Assembly (NCBI GenBank): GCA_017427405.1 | Contig: JAFRSV010000010.1 | Location: 2,908 to 66,907, forward strand | Reading direction: 5' to 3' | Length of the DNA: 64,000 nt | Source of the DNA: Alphaproteobacteria bacterium | GTDB lineage: Bacteria > Pseudomonadota > Alphaproteobacteria > Rs-D84 | Shown: positions 40,103 through 49,576 of the stretch, piece by piece | Layout of the letters: the number at the start of each line of letters is the position of its first letter | Numbering within the stretch: position 1 is the stretch's first letter | Notes under the pieces: generated by a model | The model's database searches: none | What the model saw: only the letters and a program-made list of their open reading frames with translations | What the model was told of the DNA's origin: nothing | Translations under genes and position numbers: made by a program

Positions 40103-41104
40103 TTATTTTTTTCCAAGTGTCGCACGCCGAACGCGCGATAAAGTTTTGTCGGCAATTTTCCGCGCGATTTCCGCACCATTGGCCAGTGCGGCATCCAATT
40201 CGTCCGTGTTCGCCATCAGATGGTCATAGCGTTCACGCATTGGTGTCAACACCGAATCCATTTTTTCGAACAGCATTGTTTTCGCCGTGCCATATCCCAT
40301 GCCGCCCGCACGAAACATTTCGGCAAATTTTTCGGTTTCTGTCGCATCCGCAAAGTGCCGATAAAGTCCAAATATCGTTGAAGTTTCGGGATCTTTTTGT
40401 TCCGCCGGTGTTTTGCTGTCGGTAATGATGCGCATGATTTTTTTCTTTAATTCCGCAGGCCCCGCCATAAGTGGGATTACATTATCATAAGATTTACTCA
40501 TTTTCCGGCCATCAAGCCCCGGGATAATTCCCGCATCGGGGGAAATTTGTGTATCGGGCAATTTCAAAACATTGCCATAAATCGTATTAAAGTGTCCGGC
40601 AATATCGCGCGCAAATTCAACGTGTTGTTTTTGATCCGCGCCGACGGGAACAACATCCGCCCCATAAAGCAAGATATCCGCCGCCATCAAAATCGGGTAA
40701 GTATAAAGTCCCATATTTACACCGGCATCCGCATCCGCGCCCGCCGCCGTATTACGATCAACCGCCGCCTTGTACGAATGTGCGCGGTCCATAAGTCCCT
40801 TGGGCGTGACATTGGTAAGAATTGTCGACAATTCGCAAACCGCCGGCACATCCGATTGCCGAAACAGCAAGACATTATCCATATTTACCCCTATCGACAT
40901 AATAATTGCGGCGATTTCATAGGTATGTTTGCGCACCAAATCGGCATCGTGCATAATGTTTAGCGCGTGCAAATCCGCAACAAAAACGATTGTCTTGTGC
41001 GTCGCCGAAATATCGCGAATTTGACGCAACGCACCGATATAGTTGCCCAAATGCACCGTTCCGGTCGGTTTTATTCCTGTTAAAAATACTTTCGATTCAG
41101 ACAT
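40103..41104 (-). CDS. trpS: Tryptophan--tRNA ligase
   Basis: TGIKPTG, HLGNY, YPILMAADIL, VPVGADQKQH, KMSKS. Confidence 0.97.
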   Translation of the reverse strand: MSESKVFLTGIKPTGTVHLGNYIGALRQIRDISATHKTIVFVADLHALNIMHDADLVRKHTYEIAAIIMSIGVNMDNVLLFRQSDVPAVCELSTILTNVTPKGLMDRAHSYKAAVDRNTAAGADADAGVNMGLYTYPILMAADILLYGADVVPVGADQKQHVEFARDIAGHFNTIYGNVLKLPDTQISPDAGIIPGLDGRKMSKSYDNVIPLMAGPAELKKKIMRIITDSKTPAEQKDPETSTIFGLYRHFADATETEKFAEMFRAGGMGYGTAKTMLFEKMDSVLTPMRERYDHLMANTDELDAALANGAEIARKIADKTLSRVRRATLGKK

Positions 41105-41164
41105 TTTATAACCTGCTCTGCTTATTTGCGTTATTATAACCTTTTTTTATATAAAAATCAACCA

Positions 41165-41260
41165 GTCAACGCAAAGCGGTGCCGCGGTTTCCCCTCACAC
41201 AGTGAAGGAAACTACCCCGTCACGCTTCGCGCGCCACCCCTTCACGCAGTGAAGGGGAAC
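41165..41260. repeat. Cluster of GC-rich palindromic REP-like units
   Basis: cgcaaagcggtgccgcgg (identical at 47936-47953) plus actaccccgtc...ccaccccttcac-gca-gtgaaggggaac. Confidence 0.65.
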
Positions 41261-41262
41261 AA

Positions 41263-41290
41263 AAAAATCCGCCGAAGTGGCGGACTTTTG
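41263..41290 (-). terminator. Terminator after rpsD
   Basis: aaaatccgcc-gaagt-ggcggactttt. Confidence 0.65.
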
Positions 41291-41314
41291 ATTTTTTTCC
41301 AAACAATTCCGATA

Positions 41315-41947
41315 TTAGCGTGAATAAAATTCGACGACCAATTCAGGAAACATTTGAACAGGATACGGAACATCCGCAAATGCCGGAACACGTGTGAATG
41401 TCGCAACGAAATTCGCACTGTCCACATTGATGTAATCCGGTGTATTACGTTCGCCAGATTCCAACGCCAATACGACCAATGGCATCTGTTTTGCCTTGTC
41501 ACTAACCGTGATGACATCGCCGGGTTTAACCTGGTACGATGCGATTTTCACGCGTTTGCCATTGACATAGATGTGTCCGTGGCTAACCAATTGACGTGCA
41601 GAAAAGACGGTCGGTGCAAACTTTGCGCGATAAACAACCGCATCCAAACGGCGTTCCAACAACCCAATAAGGTTATCCGGTGTGTCGCCCCGCATATTGT
41701 CGGCCTCCAGGTAATAGGCGCGGAATTTCTTTTCACCGACATTACCATAGTAGTTTTTCAATGTCTGTTTTGCGCGCATCTGTTTCGCATAGTCGGTCAT
41801 ATTACCGCCACGCGATGTCGGCCCATGCTGGCCCGGTTTGTATTTGCGTTTGTTAAACGGGGATTTTGCCTGGCCCCACAAATTAACGCCAAGGCTGCGT
41901 CCGATTTTAAGTTTACGGGTACTACGTTTTGCCCCACTTCTTGCCAT
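41315..41947 (-). CDS. rpsD: 30S ribosomal protein S4
   Basis: [34 protein letters not shown]. Confidence 0.97.
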   Translation of the reverse strand: MARSGAKRSTRKLKIGRSLGVNLWGQAKSPFNKRKYKPGQHGPTSRGGNMTDYAKQMRAKQTLKNYYGNVGEKKFRAYYLEADNMRGDTPDNLIGLLERRLDAVVYRAKFAPTVFSARQLVSHGHIYVNGKRVKIASYQVKPGDVITVSDKAKQMPLVVLALESGERNTPDYINVDSANFVATFTRVPAFADVPYPVQMFPELVVEFYSR

Positions 41948-42092
41948 AATTTAATCCTTTTGGTTTTTTATTTGCGCCGAACATTTGACAGAAACCTTAT
42001 CACGCCGGGACCAAAACGCACCGATGCTTAATCAGTTCTGATTCTATTCAGCGGACCCATAATAAACCATTTTTTTTGAAAAAGCAAGAAAA

Positions 42093-42203
42093 TAGTGGGT
42101 AGTGGGAAGTGTTAGTGTAAGTGGTTAGTAAATTTTAGAATTATTTTGCGATTGCACGATTATTCCAGAATCCACTTATCACTTACACTAACCACTTACA
42201 CTA
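42093..42203. repeat. Inverted-repeat element with AGTG-based arms
   Basis: tagtgggtagtgggaagtgttagtgtaagtggttagt ... cacttatcacttacactaaccacttacacta. Confidence 0.75.
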
Positions 42204-44828
42204 TCGCAACGTCTTGTAAATAAAGTTTATTGGCACGATAAGCAATCCAAGGCCGGCGATGGCCAGCCATTGTATCGGACTTAATGGTTCAAGTGACAAC
42301 GCATTACCACCGAACGTCACACACGCGTAAAGACCAACAAAAACCACGCATGCCATGGTAATAAACATTGGGTTTTTTGATAAATCGGAAAAAATATTAA
42401 ACCCGCGCACACGCACACAAAAACCGTTCAATATTGCAATAATTATTATCAAAGCAAATCGGGCGGACATTGATGCGTCGCCAAATATTGATGCAAATGG
42501 TTCAACCAATGTTATTGTGAATATAAATATACTTGCAATTGTTGTCCATATAACCCCCGCGATTGTATCGCCGGTAATAAGTTTTGCGTTCTTGCCCGCA
42601 GGCGGTTCGGTCATATATTCCGCACGCGGTGGTTCGCCACCAAACGCAAGTGAATTCAAACTGTCGATTACAATGTTTATTATCAATATCTGCACAGCCA
42701 TAAATGCCTCTAGGTCCAAAACAATTGGGAACAAAATACTTATCGCAACCAATGTGAAATTTATCGGCAATTGGAATCGCAAGAATCCCGTCACATTGTG
42801 CATAAATGTTCGGCCCATAAGGATACTGTTGCCAATGGAAACAAAGTTATTGTCCGTGATTATGATATCACTTGCTTCCTTGCATACATCGGTGCTGTCG
42901 CCCATGGCATATCCGACATCCGCGCCCTTTAACGCCGGCGCATCGTTTGTGCCATCGCCACACATGCCGATACAAAGCCCCATTTCTTGGGCAATTTGAA
43001 CAAGGCGCAATTTTGTATGCGGTGTTGCGCGCGCAATAACACGAATTTGTGGCAAAATGCGTTTGACCGCCGCATCCGACATTTTATCAAATTCGGTCGC
43101 GGTTATGGCGATATCATCGTCACTTTGCAAAATTTTACTTTCGCGGGCGATAACGCGCGCCGTTTCCAATATATCGCCCGTTATCATCATAACAGATACC
43201 CCGGATGACCGCAAATCGCGCACTATATCGGCAACACCGGGTCGCACATCGTCACGCAACGTGGAAACCGTGACAAATGTTAAATTATCGGGAATTTTAC
43301 CTTGGGTATGTGGGCCATCATAATATGCCGTCGCAATAACGCGCATCGCGCGACGTGCGTTTGATAAAATGATGCGTCGCACGGTTGCGCGATTTAACGG
43401 ATGCGTTTCGCCACCCGCGTCAATATAGAACTTTGAATGCGCAAGTATAATTTCCGGCGCAGCCATTATGTATGTTCGCAAACCTTGGGATGTTTTAACC
43501 GTCGTTGCGGAAAATTTACTTGCACTGGTAAACAACGTTTTTGTGACAACCTGATTTTTCTTTTTTATGTTCGCCACGATTTTGTTGTTTATTCCCAATG
43601 CCCCAAACAATGCGCGTTCCGTACTGTTACCGCCAACAATTGCACCCCCCGCGTCAAGCATTGCACGCCCATTTAGCACCATGTTGTTCATAATAATTTT
43701 AATCACCGCGTCCGATACATCGGCATCAAAACCAACATTTGTGCCATCGCCCGTATAATTTGCCACAGGTTGCATTTTCCCATATGTTATGGTTCCGGTT
43801 TTGTCGGTACAAAGCAATTGAATATTTCCTGCCTCTGGAATCTTATTAGGATTTTTTGCAAGCAGATTCGCACGCGTCATTTTATGTGCGTTTTGCGCAG
43901 TTATGATTTCAATGATAAATGGTAAACCTTCGGGAACCGCCGCAACAAATATGGTAAGTCCAAAAGTTATCGCATGCGCAACCGTAAAAACAACGTCGCC
44001 CACACCATCAAAACCATGAATGTGCCAATGTATAATTATCATAACCAATGCGACACAAACCGCGCATACACCCCCAATTTTGCCAATAAATCCTGCAAGA
44101 TTATCAAGCCCCGTTTGTAGTGCTGTTTTTTCTTCGCCGATATCGGACAGAGTCTTTAATATCTTGGCGTTTTCTGTATCCATTCCAACGCGCGTGACAC
44201 GCATCGCGCCGCCGCCGCCATGAACCGTTGTTCCGGCAAAGACATAGTTCGCATTGGTATAGTCGTTTGCGGTTATCGTGGTTGCGCGATTATATTTGAA
44301 ATTTGGAATTGGCGATTTATGGACTTCGTCACTTTCGCCATTTAGGACGGAATTATTCACAGAAATATGCCCGTGGACCAAGTATCCATCCGCCGGGATT
44401 CTTTCGCCGGCCTGAAGCAAAACTATATCACCAACAACGATTTCCGTGCTGTCGATATTGCGAATGTGACCGCCGCGGATAACATTACACAAAAGTACCG
44501 ATGCCCGCCGCCGCAATTCAAGTGTGCTGTGTTGGCTGCGCAGATGGGTAATAACATTTACAATCGCAACGATGATAACGACTATGCCAATGCCGATCGC
44601 TTCGGTAATATCGCCATACCCAAGGATTGCAAGACCAACGAATATAAATGTCATAATAAGCAAGATTAAGTTTATTTTGTCACGAAAAACATCAACCAAA
44701 AAATTCCACGCGCTTTTGACCCGCGGATCCGGCATTTTATTCGTGCCGTATTTTTCACGGTTTGTTACAACCTGGGCCAAAGATAGACCATTTAGTGTCA
44801 AAAATCCCCCCTGCTCTGTGTTGGTCAT
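42201..44828 (-). CDS. P-type cation-transporting ATPase (Ca2+-type)
   Basis: LNGES, VPEGLP, DKTGT, TGD, GDGTNDAPAL. Confidence 0.92.
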   Translation of the reverse strand: MTNTEQGGFLTLNGLSLAQVVTNREKYGTNKMPDPRVKSAWNFLVDVFRDKINLILLIMTFIFVGLAILGYGDITEAIGIGIVVIIVAIVNVITHLRSQHSTLELRRRASVLLCNVIRGGHIRNIDSTEIVVGDIVLLQAGERIPADGYLVHGHISVNNSVLNGESDEVHKSPIPNFKYNRATTITANDYTNANYVFAGTTVHGGGGAMRVTRVGMDTENAKILKTLSDIGEEKTALQTGLDNLAGFIGKIGGVCAVCVALVMIIIHWHIHGFDGVGDVVFTVAHAITFGLTIFVAAVPEGLPFIIEIITAQNAHKMTRANLLAKNPNKIPEAGNIQLLCTDKTGTITYGKMQPVANYTGDGTNVGFDADVSDAVIKIIMNNMVLNGRAMLDAGGAIVGGNSTERALFGALGINNKIVANIKKKNQVVTKTLFTSASKFSATTVKTSQGLRTYIMAAPEIILAHSKFYIDAGGETHPLNRATVRRIILSNARRAMRVIATAYYDGPHTQGKIPDNLTFVTVSTLRDDVRPGVADIVRDLRSSGVSVMMITGDILETARVIARESKILQSDDDIAITATEFDKMSDAAVKRILPQIRVIARATPHTKLRLVQIAQEMGLCIGMCGDGTNDAPALKGADVGYAMGDSTDVCKEASDIIITDNNFVSIGNSILMGRTFMHNVTGFLRFQLPINFTLVAISILFPIVLDLEAFMAVQILIINIVIDSLNSLAFGGEPPRAEYMTEPPAGKNAKLITGDTIAGVIWTTIASIFIFTITLVEPFASIFGDASMSARFALIIIIAILNGFCVRVRGFNIFSDLSKNPMFITMACVVFVGLYACVTFGGNALSLEPLSPIQWLAIAGLGLLIVPINFIYKTLR

Positions 44829-44870
44829 TCTATCGCATTTTTGCCCCCCGGGGCAAGGGGAATTTTTTGA

Positions 44871-45473
44871 TTATTTACCTGTAATTTGCATAATTGATTG
44901 CAATATATGCCCATATTTGACGATTGGCGTTTCGTCGGGCGCGACCAAGAAATTCGCCTTGGTAATGGCGACGGAATTTATGCCTTTTGGTGTTATTCGT
45001 GTTACGATTATTTCGGGAATTTTTCCCATCAATAAATCCATACAATCCTTGGCGCGCACGCGAACAACGGCGGCAACCTCCGTCGATTGAAAATGAAAAT
45101 CTGTAAAGCCGGCCGGTAATTTGTTCATATACACATGCGCAAAGGCGCGATCGTGCCAATTCTTGGCGTCTTTATCTTGGCGCCAGAATACGATTTGCAG
45201 TGGCGTTGCATTTGACGCGTCGGTATCCACACCGATTTCTTCCATGATTTCACGGTGGAACGCGTCACGCACCGTTTCGCCCGCCGAAACATGCCCCGAT
45301 GCGGTCGTGTACAGTTCGCCAGAATCCGCGCGTTCTTGGAAATACACATTGCCGTCATCATCATACATCCAACAATGAACCGTTTTATGCCAAAGCCCCC
45401 GTTCATGCACGGTTTGGCGTGATTCCATACCGATTTTATTCATATATTCATCATAAATATCAAGATGTTCCAT
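44871..45473 (-). CDS. NUDIX hydrolase (IPP isomerase type-1-like)
   Basis: HERGLWHKTVHCW, SGHVSAGE...REIMEEIGV. Confidence 0.85.
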   Translation of the reverse strand: MEHLDIYDEYMNKIGMESRQTVHERGLWHKTVHCWMYDDDGNVYFQERADSGELYTTASGHVSAGETVRDAFHREIMEEIGVDTDASNATPLQIVFWRQDKDAKNWHDRAFAHVYMNKLPAGFTDFHFQSTEVAAVVRVRAKDCMDLLMGKIPEIIVTRITPKGINSVAITKANFLVAPDETPIVKYGHILQSIMQITGK

Positions 45474-45689
45474 GGGCCACCCTTTTCTTTCAGAACATGG
45501 TAATAAAATCAGCCGGAATTTGTAAATCAAAAAATTTTAAGATTAAATTGCCGTCTTGATAAACAATAATCAACCGTAAATGCAAAAACTCTATTACACA
45601 TATCCGTTTTTGCACGGTTGCTAATTGTTTATTCGCGGATTGTGTGCTGCACTATCGTTCGCACACATCCCGTGTCGTAGCCGGTAAAA

Positions 45690-45929
45690 TCAAAAATGAT
45701 TTTTACAAAATTTACGTCCAGAATGAGTTTTTAAGTAAGATTCAAAATCTTTTGCTTTTTGTTCGTCATCAAATGCAAAATAATTTTTTATTCGCCACGG
45801 TCTATATTTATTTGTATGTATAGATTTTCCGGAATTATGTTCCGCTAATCTCTGTTTTAAGTCAGTTGTAAAACCAATATAAAATGAATCCGGATTATTT
45901 ATTGATTGTAAAATATAAACATAATACAT
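45690..45929 (-). CDS. Small GIY-YIG nuclease family protein
   Basis: YYVYIL, FYIGFTTDLKQRLAEHNSG, TNKYRPW, FESYLK. Confidence 0.9.
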   Translation of the reverse strand: MYYVYILQSINNPDSFYIGFTTDLKQRLAEHNSGKSIHTNKYRPWRIKNYFAFDDEQKAKDFESYLKTHSGRKFCKNHF

Positions 45930-46045
45930 ATTTAACCCGTCTTTTTGTCTTGTTTTTTATAAAAAACTGCGACTAAAAAGCCGCGGCACTCCGTTTTGCT
46001 ACACTTAAATCCGCTTAACCGCGGCTTTGCGTTAGCAAAGACGGG

Positions 46046-46136
46046 TGGCGGAGATGATGGGATTCGAACCCATGATACGGTTGCCCGTATACCACATTTC
46101 CAATGTGGCGCACTAGACCAACTATGCGACATCTCC
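46046..46136 (-). tRNA. tRNA-Ser (anticodon GGA)
   Basis: GGAGATG/CATCTCC acceptor, CCACA-TT-GGA-AA-TGTGG, long variable arm, GGTTCGAATCC, G-CCA. Confidence 0.95.
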
Positions 46137-46154
46137 GGATTTTTTAGATTTTAT

Positions 46155-46547
46155 TTATTCTTCGTCGGATTCCGCACCGTCACCCATAACATCTTCGGCG
46201 ACCAATTCCGCCGCATCAACCGGTGCGTCACCAACCAATGTTTCTTCTAATTCCGCATCAATATCGCGCAGTTCTGGGTTAACGCTACTAACCTCTAATG
46301 TTTCTTCGGCGTTTTCGATGGCCGGCGTTTCCTTGTACGATTGCACGAATTCGTGGCGGATTCCCGCAATATCAAGTTTTCCACTTGCGATTTCGCGCAA
46401 TGCCACAACCGTCGGTTTGTCACCGTTGCGTTCAACCACCGGCGCGGCCCCACCATTCAGGTCGCGAACCCGCTGTGACGCAAGCATCCCCAGTTCATAG
46501 CGGCTTTCCACAAATGGTAATGTATCAGAATTAGTCGTGCGTGCCAT
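46155..46547 (-). CDS. rpoZ: RNA polymerase omega subunit
   Basis: MARTT, SRYELGMLASQR, DKPTVVALREIA, acidic tail. Confidence 0.93.
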   Translation of the reverse strand: MARTTNSDTLPFVESRYELGMLASQRVRDLNGGAAPVVERNGDKPTVVALREIASGKLDIAGIRHEFVQSYKETPAIENAEETLEVSSVNPELRDIDAELEETLVGDAPVDAAELVAEDVMGDGAESDEE

Positions 46548-46608
46548 ATTCAATTCCTTTGTTGAAATGTATCATTAGCCACGCTATAATGATTCAAAAA
46601 TGGTCAAA

Positions 46609-47901
46609 ATGCAAGAAAAAAATATAAAAACTTTATCTTTTGGATGCCGTCTTAACGCGATGGAATGCGAACGGATTGGCGGGATGTTGTCACGTGCCGG
46701 CGTTTGCGCGGTGATTGTGAATACCTGTGCCGTGACCGCAGAGGCCGAACGCCAATGTGGCCAGGCGGTGCGAAAAATCGCACGCGAAAACCTGGGGGCG
46801 GTAATTTTCGTGACCGGTTGCGCCGCGACAAGGAATCCGGGACTGTTTGAAAAAATTCCGGGTGCGGTTGTTATTCCGAACGAAAAAAAGATGGATTTAG
46901 ATGTTTATTTGAATAAATTATCGCAAAAAAATCGCGGCAATTCGTGTCCGGAAATAACCGGTAATTTTGATACAGAAAACAAACTTTCCAAAAAGTTTAT
47001 TCAGATTCAAAATGGATGCAATCACGATTGTACTTATTGCGTGACGCGGCTGCTCCGTGGGCCGGCGGTATCATTCGAATATGATGAAATTTTGGCAAAT
47101 GTGCGTGCGGCGATCGCGGATGGTTTTGGGGAAATCGTGCTAACCGGTGTGGATGCGGCATCTTATTTTCGGGTTTATGACGGGCGGCCGTTTTTGATTT
47201 CCGATTTGTGCCGACAATTGTTAAAGGATGTGCCGGAAATTGAACGACTGCGTCTTTCATCGGTGGACCCGGCGGTGCCGGCGATACGTGATATTATTGA
47301 AATAATGAAAAGCGAACCCCGTTTTATGCCACATTTGCACCTTTCCATGCAGTCGGGATCGGACACGATTTTGCGCGCGATGCGGCGGCGACACACGGCG
47401 GACACGGTGCGCGATTTGGCGCGACTTGCGAATGGAAGTGTTAGTTTTAGTTGGGATATAATCTGTGGTTTTCCGGGCGAAACGGACGAATTGTTCAACG
47501 AAACCCTGGAATTGGCGCGCGAATTAAAACCAATAAGGGTTCACGCATTTCCTTTTTCGCCCCGCCCCGGGACGGTGGCGGCGAATATGCCGAACCCGGT
47601 TCCGCGCAATATTGCACGGGCGCGCGTTCATGAAATAACCGCCGTTGCAGATGAAAACTTGCGTGAATTTATGGAGCGCCAGGTCGGCAATATGTGCCTG
47701 GTTTTGGTTGAATCCAATAATATCGCGCGCACGCCGGATGATATTCCGGTTAAAATTGTCGGTGCGCCCATCCCGCCCCGCACAATTTGCGATGTAAAGA
47801 TTACGGGGATTGATAATACAGTGTTAGTGGCTAGTCCGTCACGACCGCGGCGCGGTCATGCCGCCCCGCACAATTTGCAATGTAAAGATTACCGGGATTG
47901 A
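46609..47901 (+). CDS. mtaB: Radical SAM methylthiotransferase (MtaB-like)
   Basis: SFGCRLN, NTCAVT, QNGCNHDCTYC, HLSMQSG, GFPGET, FSPRPGT. Confidence 0.85.
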   Translation: MQEKNIKTLSFGCRLNAMECERIGGMLSRAGVCAVIVNTCAVTAEAERQCGQAVRKIARENLGAVIFVTGCAATRNPGLFEKIPGAVVIPNEKKMDLDVYLNKLSQKNRGNSCPEITGNFDTENKLSKKFIQIQNGCNHDCTYCVTRLLRGPAVSFEYDEILANVRAAIADGFGEIVLTGVDAASYFRVYDGRPFLISDLCRQLLKDVPEIERLRLSSVDPAVPAIRDIIEIMKSEPRFMPHLHLSMQSGSDTILRAMRRRHTADTVRDLARLANGSVSFSWDIICGFPGETDELFNETLELARELKPIRVHAFPFSPRPGTVAANMPNPVPRNIARARVHEITAVADENLREFMERQVGNMCLVLVESNNIARTPDDIPVKIVGAPIPPRTICDVKITGIDNTVLVASPSRPRRGHAAPHNLQCKDYRD

Positions 47902-47928
47902 TAATACAGTGTTAGTGGGCAGTCCGTC
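47773..47928 (+). repeat. 68-bp near-identical direct repeat (period 88 bp) at the mtaB 3' end
   Basis: ccgccccgcacaatttgc...gtgttagtgg..agtccgtc at 47773-47840 and 47861-47928. Confidence 0.9.
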
Positions 47929-47976
47929 CCGTCACCGCAAAGCGGTGCCGCGGCCGCGACGGACTAACCACTAACA

Positions 47977-49104
47977 TTAATCTGGGAAAATCCAGAGCCA
48001 GCAATAGTCAGGATCATTTTCGTGTCCGGGTTCGTATCCGCCGCATTCCTTTTTGCGTTGAACCCCAGACATAACCGCAATTTTGTCCGCATCGGTTGAT
48101 GCATTATACGTTGTTGAACCATCGTATGTTGCGACACCATCACCCAATGCACCGGTGGTTGCGTCATACATCGCGACATTACCCGGCGTGCCGGTGGGCG
48201 TGGCATTTTGAATTTCATTGTGCAACGCACTATACACATCCTTTAACAGTTCCAACGACACCAACGCACCCTTGATATAATTTTGATTTGTGGTTGCGGT
48301 ATTACCGGTCGCACCAAAGTTTGATGTTTGATACTGTGCCAATGTTTTTGTTCCATTGATATACAATATAACATTATCCGCCCCGGTTTTTTGGGTAAGT
48401 GGTTGCGACCCACCCGCGGTTATATAACGCCGACCAACGATCCCCCGGGTCGTTGTCAAATCAATCGTTTGCCCACCGGTAGATGCCGTATAGTAAATAC
48501 TTGTTGGGCTTGTCCATGCCGCCGGAATGAGGTCTTGTTTTCTCGCTAATTCTCCTGCCACGGCACGGACGGTTGGAACAAAGTTATCCATTTCGGAACT
48601 AGTAAGATTACGCCACTCTTCGTTATCAGTGTTGAACCAATCCAAAATACCGATTTCATTCCCGACCAAGCCATTTGTTAAATCGTATGATACAAGTGAT
48701 GGAACTTGTTTGGTTTCTTCGTCTAATATGCTGTAATAGTTCACCAACCCGGTTTCGATAATATCTTGTTTTGTATCGACATAGGCCTTAGATGCCACGG
48801 TTTTCTTGTCCAATTCTGTTGGTTCCGCAAATGACGGCGTGGCAAATAACGCCGCAATCGCAATCATCGTCATCCCGGCGAAGGCCGGGATCCAGTTTTT
48901 GCGAATGCAAAAACTTGCGTCGCAGACATTATGTTTTTCATCACCTTGCGATGAAAAATCCCCTGCGGGGCAAGTCATCGCTATCGCGATGCCTGGGCAC
49001 CGCGCTTCCGCGGTGTGACGATTCTCTACAATACCACCGGATACCGGCCTGCGCCGGTATGACGGCGAATTTATATTACGGTTGAATATGTTTATCTTTT
49101 TCAT
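47977..49104 (-). CDS. Secreted fibre/adhesin-like protein with a palindromic insert in its signal peptide
   Basis: Start MKKINIF with GGAGAGG RBS; IAIAALFATPSFA-E; SKAYVDTKQD and RKQDLI motifs; Thr/Gly-rich; C-terminal C...CWLW. Confidence 0.7.
   Translation of the reverse strand: MKKINIFNRNINSPSYRRRPVSGGIVENRHTAEARCPGIAIAMTCPAGDFSSQGDEKHNVCDASFCIRKNWIPAFAGMTMIAIAALFATPSFAEPTELDKKTVASKAYVDTKQDIIETGLVNYYSILDEETKQVPSLVSYDLTNGLVGNEIGILDWFNTDNEEWRNLTSSEMDNFVPTVRAVAGELARKQDLIPAAWTSPTSIYYTASTGGQTIDLTTTRGIVGRRYITAGGSQPLTQKTGADNVILYINGTKTLAQYQTSNFGATGNTATTNQNYIKGALVSLELLKDVYSALHNEIQNATPTGTPGNVAMYDATTGALGDGVATYDGSTTYNASTDADKIAVMSGVQRKKECGGYEPGHENDPDYCWLWIFPD
48868..49064. mobile_element. REPIN/RPE-like element: two inverted CGTC-type REP palindromes inserted in-frame
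   Basis: cgtcatcccggcgaaggccgggatccag (48868-48895) and ccggataccggcctgcgccggtatgacg (49037-49064); encodes WIPAFAGMT. Confidence 0.75.
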
Positions 49105-49179
49105 TGTGTCCTCTCCCATTTTGTTTGTTGTTTTGTGTCCTTTGCCAGAGAAAGTGGCAACATTTCTGGAATACGAAAG

Positions 49180-49259
49180 ACCACCTCCCCCTGCGGGTAC
49201 TCCTCCGAGAATCACCCACAAAATTTTTCAAATTTTGCGGGGGCCATTGGAGGAGAACT
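49180..49259. repeat. REP-like palindromic unit with nested hairpin
   Basis: accacctccccctgcgggtactcctcc...caaaatttttcaaattttg...ggaggagaac. Confidence 0.55.
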
Positions 49260-49285
49260 AAAAAACGTCGCCAAATGGGACGTGT

Positions 49286-49455
49286 CGGGGTGTTCAAAAA
49301 TCATATAAGGTGATGATCCCAAGGCCTTTTGCCGAAGCATTATAACCGTTGGCACCCCAACAATAGGGGTATATCAAAATGACGGCACAGAATATCGGAA
49401 ATTGTATGGATTACGACATAATGTGCCGACCTTATATTGGGTTTTTGAAGACCCG
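49286..49455 (-). ncRNA. Putative structured leader RNA
   Basis: Closing stem 49286-49311 with 49429-49455, inner stems cggcaca/tgtgccg and acccc/ggggt; promoter-like TTGCCC-18-TAGTAT upstream. Confidence 0.5.
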
Positions 49456-49576
49456 AAATTCAGAATCCCTTCTGACTTCGTTCTTATACTATCACGAATC
49501 GGGTTTGCGGGGCAAGTGGTTTTTTATAACGCATAAAAATACCGCGATTTCTGCGGTGTTGATAACATTTTTGTCT

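Noticed and set aside
47773-47928. CRISPR array
   Set aside because: Only two 68-bp copies overlapping a CDS, with no cas genes.
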